Assembly (NCBI GenBank): GCA_950097015.1
Contig: CATNEN010000037.1
Coordinates: forward strand, 3,410,001 to 3,474,000
Length of the DNA: 64,000 nt
Direction: 5' to 3'
Source of the DNA: Macrostomum hystrix
Taxonomy: Eukaryota > Animalia > Platyhelminthes
Below, piece by piece: positions 1-12,289 of the stretch. Numbering within the stretch: the stretch's first letter is position 1; each line of letters begins with the position of its first letter. The position numbers and the translations under genes were made by a program. Under the pieces are notes generated by a model that was given only the letters and a program-made list of their open reading frames with translations, was not told where the DNA came from and ran no database searches.

Positions 1-150
1 GCACTCAAACAGGATATTATTACACTCAAACAGGATATTATTACACTCAAACTGGGTAATACTACACTCAAACTGGGTAATATTACACTCAAACTGGGTA
101 ATACTACACTCAAACTGGGTAATACCACAATCAAACCGAGAAATATTACA
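1..150 (+). repeat. 21-bp minisatellite (TACACTCAAACTGGGTAATAC), continues from before the window
   Basis: Direct tandem copies. Confidence 0.85.
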
Positions 151-206
151 CTTTAGCAGGTAATACTACCGTCTCAAAGTACATGCACCTGTCATTTTCA
201 CCGCAG

Positions 207-3200
207 ATTCGCTAAGTGGTCTGCACGGCTGGCAGAAGTTGGCAAAATCGGCCACAATGTCCGGCTTCCGCGCTCTGTCCGCCAGCCTCGGCTCCGGGGT
301 TTTCCAGCTGCCCGGCGCCCGACTGGACGAGCAAGACGAAGATGGCGACGACAGTGCTGCGGGCTGCGCCGGAGCGTCCGGGCCGACTGGCGGGCCGTCA
401 ATTGGAGGAGCTGCCAGCTCAGTTTGGATCACACCGAAAAAGTACTCGCCGACTCACCAGAGTAAGCGATCATGGGACTCAAGTAGAATCAAGTAGACTC
501 AAGTAGACTCATGTAGACTTGAGTCAACTGAATTAGACCCGAGTAGACTCATGTAGACTTGAGTAAACTCAATTTGACTCGATTATACTCAAGTAGACTT
601 GAGTAGAGCCAATTGACTCGAGTAAACTCAATAGACTCGAGTAGACTCAATAGACTCGAGTAGACTCAATAGACTCGAGTAGACTCAATTGACTCGAGTA
701 AACTCAATAGATTCGAGTAGACTCAATTGACTCGAGTAGACTCAATTGACTCGAGTAAACTCAATAGACTCGAGTAGACTCAATAGACTCGAGTAGACTC
801 AATAGATTCGAGTAGACTCAATAGACTCGAGTAGACTCAATTGACTCGAGTAGACTCAATAGACTCGAGTAGACTCAATAGACTCGAGTAGACTCAATAG
901 ATTCGAGTAGACTCAATAGACTCGAGTAGACTCAATAGACTGGAGTAGACTCAATAGACTGGAGTAGACTCAATAGACTCGAGTAGACTCAATAGACTTG
1001 AGTAGACTCAATAGACTGGAGTAGACTCAATAGACTCGAGTAGACTCAATAGACTCTAGTAAACTCAATAGACTCGAGTAGACTCAATAGACTCGAGTAG
1101 ACTCAATAGATTCGAGTAGACTCAATAGACTCGAGTAGACTCAATAGACTCGAGTAGACTCAATAGACTGGAGTAGACTCAATAGACTTGAGTAGACTCA
1201 ATAGACTGGAGTAGACTCAATAGACTCGAGTAGACTCAATAGACTCGAGTAGACTCAATAGACTTGAGTAGACTCAATTGACTCGAGTAAACTCAATTGA
1301 CTCGAGTAGACTCAATAGACTCGAGTAGACTCAATAGACTCGAGTAGACTCAATTGACTCGAGTAGACTCAAGTAGACTTGAGTAGAGCCAATTAGACTG
1401 AAGTAGACTCAAATTAAGTAGACTCAAATAAACTCAAGTAGAGTCTCACAGGGCCAAATCCAAGTTGTCCCACCAAAACTGCTCAGTGAAATCCCGAGCC
1501 CTCGGCCAGCTGGACCCTTCGCTCTATCTCAATGAGGACGCCGAGGAAATGTATGAGCACGCTCCGGGTCACGTCGGCCGGCTCTGGTTTGTACTCAACT
1601 ACACACCCGAGATTGAGCAGTTAGCTGTGACGGTCAGGAAAGCCAGAAATTTGCGAGTTCGCAAAGAGGCCAACAGCGGACAGCCGGGCGACTGCTATGT
1701 CAGGTCAGTTTCCATGGCGACGCATTAGCTTAGCAACGGAGCAGTTTCGCAGGAAAAAAATAAACAATGTCTCTGAAAAAATGCGAATGAAACTAGTGAC
1801 TAAAACTGACTTGCAATTAATCAACAGACTGGCCCTTGAGAATGACGAGAGGCGAGTGCACACGACTTCGGTGAAAAAGAAGACAAACAATCCTAACTTT
1901 GACGAGAAATTCTGTTTTCAGGTAAGTAGCACTTAGCTCAACATAATTAGCAGAATCTGAATCAGAATAGTAAATTTAGAATCTGACTTTTAAATCAATT
2001 CCGTGATTAGCAATCCATTCTATTCCTTTATGCATGGGATTGATAAGCAATCCATTCTATTCCTTATGCATGGGATTGATAAGCAATCCATTCTATTCCT
2101 TTATGCATGGGATAGATTAGCAATCCATTCTATTCCTTTATGCATGGGATAGACTAGCAATCCATTCTATTCCTTTATGCATGGAATAGATTAGCAATCC
2201 ATTCTATTCCTTTATGCATGGATTGATAAGAATCCATTCTATTCCTAAACAATGGGATAGACTAGCAATCCATTCTATACTTTATCCATGGGATAGACTA
2301 GCAATCCATTCTGTTCCTTTATGCATGGATTGATAAGAATCCATTCTATTCCTAAACAATGGGATAGACTAGCAATCCATTCTATTACTTTATCCATGGG
2401 ATAGACTAGCAATCCATTCTATTCCTTCATGCATGGGATAGATTAGCAATCCATTCTATTCCTTTATGCATGGGATAGACTAGCAATCCATTCTATTCCT
2501 TTATGCATGGGATAGATTAGCAATCCATTCTATTCCTTTATGCATGGGATAGACTAGCAATCCATTCTATTCCTTTATGCATGGGATAGATTAGCAATCC
2601 ATTCTATTCCTTTATGCATGGATTGATAAGAATCCATTCTATTCCTAAACAATGGGATAGACTAGCAATCCATTCTATTCCTTTATCAATGGGATTGATT
2701 AGCAATCCATTCTATTCTTTCATCCATTGGATAGATTGGCAATCCATTATATTCCTTCATCCATGGGATAGATTGGCAATCCATTATATTCCTCCATCAA
2801 TGGGATAGATTAGCAATCCATTATATTCCTCCATCAATGGGATAGATTAGCAATCCATTATATTCCTCCATCAATGGGATAGATTAGCAATCCATTATGT
2901 TCGTCCATCAATGGGATAGATTAGCAATCCATTATATTCCTCCATCAATGGGTTAGATTAGCAATCCATTATATTCCTCCATCAATGGGATAGATTGGCA
3001 ATCCATTATATTCCTCCATCAATGGGATAGATTAGCAATCCATTATGTTCCTCCATCAATGGGATATATTAGCAATCCATTATATTCCTCCATCAATGGG
3101 ATAGATTAGCAATCCATTATGTTCGTCCATCAATGGGTTAGATTAGCAATCCATTATGTTCCTCCATCAATGGGATAGATTAGCAATCCATTATATTCCT

Positions 3201-6200
3201 CCATCAATGGGATAGATTAGCAATCAATTATATTCCTCCATCAATGGGATAGATTAGCAATCCATTATGTTCGTCCATCAATGGGTTAGATTAGCAATCC
3301 ATTATATTCCTCCATCAATGGGATAGATTAGCAATCCATTATGTTCCTCCATCAATGGGTTAGATTAGCAATCCATTATGTTCCTCCATCAATGGGATAG
3401 ATTAGCAATCTATTATGTTCCTCCATCAATGGGATAGATTGGCAATCCATTATGTTCCTCCATCAATGGGATCGATTAGCAATCCATTATGTTCCTCCAT
3501 CAATGGGATATATTAGCAATCCATTATATTCCTCCATCAATGGGATAGATTAGCAATCCATTATGTTCGTCCATCAATGGGATAGATTAGCAATCCATTA
3601 TATTCCTCCATCAATGGGATAGATTAGCAATCCATTATATTCCTCCATCAATGGGTTAGATAGCAATCCATTATATTCCTCCATCAATGGGATAGATTAG
3701 CAATCCATTATATTCCTCCATCAATGGGATAGATTAGCAATCCATTATATTCCTCCATCAATGGGATAGATTAGCAATCCATTATGTTCCTCCATCAATG
3801 GGATAGATTAGCAATCCATTATATTCCTCCATCAATGGGATAGATTAGCAATCCATTATATTCCTCCATCAATGGGATCGATTAGCAATCCATTATATTC
3901 CTCCATCAATGGGATTAGATTAGCAATCCATTATATTCCTCCATCAATGGGATAGATTAGCAATCCATTATGTTCCTCCATCAATGGGATAGATTAGCAA
4001 TCCATTATATTCCTCCATCAATGGGATAGATTAGCAATCCATTATATTCCTCCATCAATGGGATAGATTAGCAATCCATTATGTTCCTCCATCAATGGGA
4101 TAGATTAGCAATCCATTATATTCCTCCATCAATGGGATAGATTAGCAATCCATTATATTCCTCCATCAATGGGATAGATTAGCAATCCATTATATTCCTC
4201 CATCAATGGGATAGATTAGCTATCCATACTGAGACTGATACTGAGTGCAGCTCTTACAGATAATGAGAAAATCAGGAAGGCTCGTCAACTTGGTTGGTGA
4301 TTAGTTAAAACAGTAGGCTCTATTGCCATCTTTAATGCCATCCAATCGATCCAGATTGCCACAGCCAGTCTGGATCACCAGACCCTGCTGATGACCGTGT
4401 TCCACGTGGACAAGCAAAAGCGACAGAAGGCGGTGGGTCACGTGGCTTTCCCGCTGCGTGAGCTGCTCTCTGTGGACAAGGACTGTCGGATGTTTCGCGA
4501 CCTGGACTCTGAGACTGGAGATGTGAGTCTTCTGTGAGACTTCTTAATTCTTAGAAATTGACCTAGTAGATTCTAGGTGAGATTCGAGTAAATTCTAGTA
4601 GATTCTAGGTGAGATTCTAGTAGATTCTAGGTGAGATTCGAGTAAATTCTAGTAGATTCTAGGTGAGATTCTAGTAGATTCTAGGTGAGATTCTAGTAGG
4701 TTCTAGGTGAGATTCTAGTAGATCTAGGTGAGATTCTAGTAGATTCTAGATCAGATTCTAGTAGGTTCTAGGTGAGATTCTAGCAGATTCTACGTGAGAT
4801 TCTAATAGATTCTAGGTGAGATTCTAGTAGGTTCTAGGTGAGATTCTAGTAGATTTTAGGTGAGATTCGAGTAGATTCTAGTAGATTCTAGGTGAGATTC
4901 TAGTAGATTCTAGGTAAGATTCTAGTAAATTCTAGGTGAGATTCTAGTAGATCTAGGTGAGATTCTAGTAGATTCTAGATCAGATTCTAGTAGGTTCTAG
5001 GTGAGATTCTAGCAGATTCTAGGTGAGATTCTAATAGATTCTAGGTGAGATTCTAGTAGATTCTAGCTAGGTGAGATTCTCGTAGATTCTAGCTGGGTGA
5101 GATTCTAGTAGATCTAGGTGAGACTCTAGTAGATCTAGGTGTGATTCTAGTAGATTCTAATCGAGATTCTAGTTGAGTTATTTATAACAAACAAGAGTCT
5201 TAAGTCACAAGAAACATAAGGATTGTAATGAAAGATTTTCACGTTTCTACAGCTCTCGAAATACAAAGAAGCAGATGCTAATATTCACTAATATTCACAA
5301 GAAAGATAAATAGACATTTTCTTTTGATGTTTTCTGACATCGACAAATATGCTAACAGGATATCCCGTTTAAGCTACGAATTTATCGATTAGGTATTTCA
5401 CAATACCTAACAAATTGTGATATCGACTAGTGTGGTATGTCGAGTGTAGTATCGACTACCGCAGATGATGGCGTCAAAACCCTAACTGACTTTCAGAGCT
5501 CGCAGAACCCGGAGGTGAAGATCGCCCTGACCTATCACGCCCAGCTCGAGCGCATCACGGTCGGCCTTCACGAGTGCAGGAATTTGCCAACTAAAAATGA
5601 AACAGACGAGTGCATTGGTGGGCATGAGAGACTCGTTCGATATACCCGTTCATTGCGCATTGATAAGCGATTAGTGCAAATAGAATAGAACAAATAGAAT
5701 AGAATAGCTTAAACCGGTTAAACTGTTCTCGATAATATTGCTCCGATTATTGTCCACTACCTCTTCTACTCACTCTTGTTCTCATTCTCATTCATATTGT
5801 CCTCTCTCCTCTCTCTATTATCCTCTCTCCTCTCTCTATTATCCTCCATCCTCTCTCTATTATCCTCTCTCCTCTCTCTATTATCCTCTCTCCTCTCTCT
5901 ATTATCCTCTATCCTCTCTCTATTATCCTCTCTCCTCTCTCTATTATCCTCTCTCCTCTCTCTATTGTCCTCTGTCCTGTCTCTATTATCCTCTCTCCTC
6001 TCTCTATTATCCTCTCTCCTCTCTCTATTATCCTCCATCCTCTCTCTATTATCCTCTCTCCTCTCTCTATTATCCTCTCTCCTCTCTCTATTATCCTCCA
6101 TCCTCTCTCTATTATCCTCTCTCCTCTCTCTATTGTCCTCTGTCCTGTCTCTATTATCCTCTCTCCTCTGTCTATTATCCTCTCTCCTCTCTCTATTATC

Positions 6201-9200
6201 CTCTATCCTCTCTCTATTATCCTCTCTCCTCTGTCTATTATCCTCTATCCTCTCTCTATTATCCTCTCTCCTCTCTCTATTATCCTCTCTCCTCTCTCTA
6301 TTATCCTCTCTCCTCTCTCTACTATCCTCTCTCCTCTCTCTATTATCCTCTCTCCTCTCTCTATTATCCTCTCTCCTCTCTCTATTATCCTCTCTCCTCT
6401 CTCTATTATCCTCTCTCCTCTCTCTATTATCCTCTCTCCTCTCTCTATTATCCTCCATCCTCTCTCTATTATCCTCTCTCCTCTCTCTATTATCCTCTCT
6501 CCTCTCTCTATTATCCTCTCTCCTCTCTCTATTATCCTCTCTCCTCTCTCTATTATCCTCTCTCCTCTCTCTATTATCCTCTCTCCTCTCTCTATTATCC
6601 TCCATCCTCTCTCTATTATCCTCTCTCCTCTCTCTATTATCCTCTCTCCTCTCTCTATTGTCCTCTGTCCTGTCTCTATTATCCTCTATCCTCTCTATTC
6701 TATTATCCTCTCTCCTCTCTCTATTATCCTCTCTCCTCTCTCTATTATCCTCTCTCCTCTGTCTATTATCCTCTATCCTCTCTCTATTATCCTCTCTCCT
6801 CTCTCTATTATCCTCTCTCCTCTCTCTATTATCCTCTCTCCTCTCTCTATTATCCTCTCTCCTCTCTCTATTATCCTCTCTCCTCTCTCTATTATCCTCT
6901 CTCCTCTCTCTATTATCCTCTCTCCTCTCTCTATTATCCTCTCTCCTCTCTCTATTATCCTCTCTCCTCTCTCTATTATCCTCCATCCTCTCTCTATTAT
7001 CCTCTCTCCTCTCTCTATTATCCTCTCTCCTCTCTCTATTATCCTCTCTCCTCTCTCTATTATCCTCTCTCCTCTCTCTATTATCCTCCATCCTCTCTCT
7101 ATTATCCTCTCTCCTCTCTCTATTATCCTCTCTCCTCTCTCTATTATCCTCTCTCCTCTGTCTATTATCCTCTATCCTCTCTCTATTATCCTCTCTCCTC
7201 TCTCTATTATCCTCTCTCCTCTCTCTATTATCCTCTCTCCTCTCTCTATTATCCTCTCTCCTCTCTCTATTATCCTCCATCCTCTCTCTATTATCCTCTC
7301 TCCTCTCTCTATTATCCTCTCTCCTCTCTCTATTATCCTCTCTCCTCTCTCTATTATCCTCTCTCCTCTCTCTATTATCCTCTCTCCTCTCTCTATTATC
7401 CTCTCTCCTCTCTCTATTATCCTCCATCCTCTCTCTATTATCCTCTCTCCTCTCTCTATTATCCTCTCTCCTCTCTCTATTGTCCTCTGTCCTGTCTCTA
7501 TTATCCTCTATCCTCTCTATTCTATTATCCTCTCTCCTCTCTCTATTATCCTCTCTCCTCTCTCTATTATCCTCTCTCCTCTGTCTATTATCCTCTATCC
7601 TCCCTCTATTATCCTCTCTCCTCTCTCTATTATCCTCTCTCCTCTCTCTATTATCCTCTCTCCTCTCTCTATTATCCTCTCTCCTCTCTCTATTATCCTC
7701 TCTCCTCTCTCTATTATCCTCTCTCCTCTCTCTATTATCCTCCATCCTCTCTCTATTATCCTCTCTCCTCTCTCTATTATCCTCCATCCTCTCTCTATTA
7801 TCCTCTCTCCTCTCTCTATTATCCTCTCTCCTCTCTCTATTATCCTCTATCCTCTCTCTATTATCCTCTCTCCTCTCTCTATTATCCTCTCTCCTCTCTC
7901 TATTATCCTCTCTCCTCTCTCTATTATCCTCTCTCCTCTCTCTATTATCCTCTCTCCTCTCTCTATTATCCTCTCTCCTCTCTCTATTATCCTCCATCCT
8001 CTCTCTATTATCCTCTCTCCTCTCTCTATTATCCTCTCTCCTCTCTCTATTATCCTCTCTCCTCTCTCTATTATCCTCTCTCCTCTCACGGATAATCGGA
8101 ACACTTTTACCTAGAACAGTTGAATACGAGATTTGCTTGCCACCAAGGTCAGAGCTGATGCAGTAACAACTACATTGAGTTCTTTAGTTTTACATTTTAA
8201 ATAGGCCACGATGATTCCGTGGGAAACCCGCAGAAGTCTACCTGAGGGTGTCCATGCACACCGGACTGCAAGGCAAGGAGGTGAAGAGCAAGCGCACAGA
8301 GACAGTGACTGGCTCCTTGGCCATCAATCAGTCGCTCATTTTCAACCGGGTGACGGACCTGAGCCAGACCATCATCAAAGTGACCATGATGCACCACGCC
8401 ACGGGCATTGGAAGCCTTTTTGGTATGCTCCGACTTTATCCGCCAAATTCTACATCAGATTTTCACCCGCTATACATCATAAATATTAAATACTTACATT
8501 GTGCTAATCATCTATTAGTGGCAAATATTATCTATTTATTTCACTACGCCATCAATCGGATAGATTAACGAGACATTCTGTTCCTCCATCCATGGGATAG
8601 ATTAGCAATCCATTCTATTCCTTCATCCATGGGATAGATTAGCAATCCATTCTATTCCTTCATCCATGGGATAGATTAGCAATCCATTCTATTCCTTCAT
8701 CTAGGGGATAGATTAGCAATCCATTCTATTCCTTCATCCATGGGATAGATTAGCAATCCATTCTATTCCTTCATCCATGGGATAGATTAGCAATCCATTC
8801 TATTCCTTCATCCATGGGATAGATTAGCAATCCATTATATTCCTTCATCCATGGGATAGATTAACGATACATTCTGTTCCTTCATCCATGGGATAGATTA
8901 GCAATCCATTCTATTCCTTCATCCATGGGATAGATTAGCAATCCATTCTATTCCTTCATCCATGGGATAGATTAGCAATCCATTCTATTCCTTCATCTAG
9001 GGGATAGATTAGCAATCCATTCTATTCCTTCATCCATGGGATAGATTAGCAATCCATTCTATTCCTTCATCCATGGGATAGATTAGCAATCCATTCTATT
9101 CCTTCATCCATGGGATAGATTAGCAATCCATTATATTCCTTCATCCATGGGATAGATTAGCAATCCATTCTATTCCTTCATCTAGGGGATAGATTAGCAA

Positions 9201-9927
9201 TCCATTCTATTCCTTCATCCATGGGATAGATTAGCAATCCATTCTATTCCTTCATCCATGGGATAGATTAGCAATCCATTCTATTCCTTCATCCATGGGA
9301 TAGATTAGCAATCCATTCTATTCCTTCATCTAGGGGATAGATTAGCAATCCATTCTATTCCTTCATCCATGGGATAGATTAGCAATCCATTCTATTCCTT
9401 CATCCAGGGGATAGATTAGTAACTTCACCCAGGGACTGAGTATTTAGTAGTGCCTAAGCAATCCACTCTATTATTATGGGATCTGATATTGTCTCTTTCT
9501 TTAGTGGAAATGAAGAACTAAATTTACAGATGAAAAAAATATCTTTTTTTCCAGTGCAGCAGATACAGATAGTCACAGTGTCTTACTCAAAGTAGCAGTA
9601 AAAGCTAATTTGAGCTTAAAGACAGTTTTCGTATTATATAAATTTCAATCGGATGAAAGCAGACAAAAGCGGAAGTAATATTAGAAGCTAGCTTTAATTA
9701 CTTGTTTGCTCAACTCAAAATTGTAACTCGAAGATCAGAAAAGAATCGTAGCACTGTAAAAGTGCAAATCCGCATTTGTACCTGGCATCCTAGACAAGCC
9801 ACTCGGCAGTGTTGTCCTCGGCTGCGAGCTGTTCGCCAAGCGCCGCGAGCTGGAGCACTGGAAGGCGATGTCGGCCAACCCGGAGCAGACCATCACCTAC
9901 TGGCACTCGCTCAGCGCTGCAGTTTGA
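207..9927 (+). CDS. SYT15: Synaptotagmin-15-like tandem C2A/C2B protein, spliced, 5' part (TM region) outside the window
   Basis: Hand-joined exons: 207-461, 1442(or 1452)-1703, 1828-1921, 4355-4522, 5497-5617, 8234-8422, 9794-9927 (TGA). Boundaries are GT-AG and phase-compatible from exon 2 on. Translation gives GQLDPSLY, C2A (RLWFVLNY...CYVRLAL...KKKTNNPNFDEKFCFQ...VFHVDKQKRQKAVGHVAFPL, resembling the SYT15 HVDRQRKHQLLGQVLFPL segment as I recall it) and C2B ending LGSVVLG...HWKAMSANPEQTITYWHSL. The canonical Ca2+-binding Asp set is not evident. AATAAA at ~9967-9976. Confidence 0.85.
475..1440 (+). repeat. 19-bp minisatellite (GTAGACTCAATAGACTCGA), SYT15 intron
   Basis: About 45-50 tandem copies with a CTCGAG core. 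Confidence 0.95.
2008..4225 (+). repeat. 37-bp minisatellite, two variant blocks (GATTAGCAATCCATT...ATGGGATA)
   Basis: Variant TTCTATTCCTTTATGC up to ~2790, then variant TTATATTCCTCCATCA. Confidence 0.95.
4560..5170 (+). repeat. 22-bp minisatellite (TAGATTCTAGGTGAGATTCTAG)
   Basis: Tandem copies in a SYT15 intron; same family at 10690-11730. Confidence 0.95.
5795..8086 (+). repeat. 21-bp polypyrimidine minisatellite (TATTATCCTCTCTCCTCTCTC)
   Basis: About 108 copies; source of the three spurious 740-800 aa ORFs. Confidence 0.97.
8555..9420 (+). repeat. 37-bp minisatellite (GATTAGCAATCCATTCTATTCCTTCATCCATGGGATA)
   Basis: Same family as 2008-4225, third variant. Confidence 0.95.
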
Positions 9928-9966
9928 ATTGGCGCCAACAGAAACACACCGGAAGAAAACGCCGGA

Positions 9967-9976
9967 AATAAATAAA
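9967..9976 (+). terminator. Polyadenylation signal of the SYT15-like gene
   Basis: Two overlapping AATAAA about 40 nt after the stop. Confidence 0.7.
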
Positions 9977-10453
9977 CGCTTGTTTTCCATTGAAATTCGC
10001 TGTGTCACTTGTTCTCCCCTAATTAACCTGTCCAGTATGATTTTTGTCACTTTTTCCAATGGCGTCATTTCTTTGATTATTTATAGTAAAAAGCGCTGCC
10101 CTTACAAACTACGGGAACTAGTAACTAAGGGCGCAAAATCCTACTCGTTAGTAGGGTAGTTGAGTTCAAAACGCAATCCAATTCGAATGCATGAACTCAG
10201 CTAATGACAGTCTTTTGTCCATTAAATAGAAAATATATTTGTGCGACAAACCACCAAGTTAAAAGCCTATCGTGTTTTTAATCTATTTTAGTGCCTTCAG
10301 CCAAACAAGTTACTCGTATAATATAAGTCTAGGTAAATTAGTTCTTCTGAAAATCATTACAGGTTTAGTACTCGTGTACATGTTTTCGTATGTCAAGGCT
10401 TGAGAAAAGCATTCCATCGACAACGTTGCATTCTTGGGGGTGACTCACTCTCA

Positions 10454-10690
10454 GGGGGGTGAGTGGCAGAGCGGTCTAAACCATTTGCCTCTCTCTCACC
10501 AAGGTCCTGAGCTCGATTCCGCGGCAAGGCCGCAAATATTAAGACGAGCTTAGAGCTTGTCTTGCATCCTTTACGTCCCTGAGGGCCGATCTCCAAGCCA
10601 CAGTAAAAGTGCACAGTCATTTAGACACGGACATTGTCGACTTCACAGTATCCAGGTAGTTCTTGGCTGACTCGATGAGGCGCTAGAATT
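10454..10690 (+). mobile_element. SINE (second family), 5' part
   Basis: TGGCAGAGCGGTCTAA A-box-like; CCAAGGTCCTGAGCTCGATTCCGCGGCAAGGC nearly identical to the segment at ~33726-33757. Confidence 0.65.
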
Positions 10691-11725
10691 GAGATTCTAG
10701 TAGATTCTAGGTGAGATTCTAGTAGATCTAGGTGAGACTCTAGTAGATCTAGGTGAGACTCTAGTAGATCTAGGTGAGATTCTAGTAGATTCTAGGTGAG
10801 TTTCTAGTAGATTCTAAGTGAGATTCTAGTAGATTCTAGGTGAGATTCTAGTAGATTCTAGGTGAGATTCTAGTATATTCTGGGTGAGATTCTAGTAGAT
10901 TCTGGGTGAGATTCTAGTAGATTCTAGGTGAGTTTCTAGTATATTCTAGGTGAGTTTCTAGTAGATTCTAGGTGAGATTCTAGTAGATTCTAGGTGAGAT
11001 TCTAGCAGATTCTGGGTGAGATTCTAGTAGATTCTAGGTGAGATTCTAGTAGATTCTAGGTGAGATTCTAGTAGATTCTGGGTGAGATTCTAGTAGATTC
11101 TAGGTGAGATTCTAGTAGATTCTGGGTGAGATTCTAGTAGATTCTAGGTGAGATTCTAGTAGATTCTAGGTGAGATTCTAGTAGATTCTAGGTGAGACTC
11201 TAGTAGCTCTAGGTGAGACTCTAGTAGATCTAGGTGAGATTCTAGTAGATTCTAGGTGAGATTCTAGTAGATTCTAAGTGAGATTCTAGTAGATTCTAGG
11301 TGAGATTCTAGTAGATTCTAGGTGAGATTCTAGTATATTCTGGGTGAGATTCTAGTAGATTCTGGGTGAGATTCTAGTAGATTCTAGGTGAGATTCTAGT
11401 ATATTCTAGGTGAGTTTCTAGTAGATTCTAGGTGAGATTCTAGTAGATTCTAGGTGAGATTCTAGTATATTCTGGGTGAGATTCTAGTAGATTCTAGGTG
11501 AGATTCTAGTAGATTCTAGGTGAGATTCTAGTAGATTCTGGGTGAGATTCTAGTAGATTCTAGGTGAGATTCTAGTAGATTCTGGGTGAGATTCTAGTAG
11601 ATTCTAGGTGAGATTCTAGTAGATTCTAGGTGAGATTCTAGTAGATTCTAGGTGAGATTCTAGTAGATTCTAGGTGAGATTCTAGTAGATTCTGGGCGAG
11701 ATTCTAGTAGATCTAGGTGAGATTC
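10690..11725 (+). repeat. 22-bp minisatellite, same family as 4560-5170
   Basis: Tandem copies with a ~460-bp internal duplication. Confidence 0.95.
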
Positions 11726-12289
11726 TTTAACTTTGCTGAATCTATTCTAGTAGACTGTCAAATTCCCGCAACTGATGTTACTGAACGCGCCCAATATAAA
11801 TGCAACGTAGATACAGAGAGACATTGTTTGAGAACGCACGTTTCTATTCAGTTTATGCTTATTGTATTTCTAGTGTTTAGTGTATTATAAGTAAAACGTG
11901 CACATTCAAGCATTATTTTCATGGTAGCTGAGGCGCTAGCTATATGAGAAGGGATGTTTATACGCTCGTATAATAAAACCAGTTCTCTTCTCTCTCCGGA
12001 TGGTATTTGGCCAGTTTCCGAGTAGCTTGGAAATATTGCATTACAAAACTAAGAAAGATACTGCTCTAGTATAGAGAGATGAGCATAAGGATGTGGACAT
12101 AGAAATATATGCAATGCTTTTTTTAGAGAAAACCTAATAAGCTGTTAACAATCATTGTGCTACGAGTATAATGTAGGAAAAACGAAATTTGAAAGCTACC
12201 TTATTAAGTTTATTAAGTTTATTATTAAATACGATCTAAAAATGGCTATTTTGTGCTAAAGAGAGCCTGACTGTTCAAATATTTAAGAT

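Noticed and set aside
5738-8166. 785, 743 and 796 aa ORFs on both strands
   Set aside because: Translation of a 21-bp intronic minisatellite lying between phase-compatible SYT15 exons.
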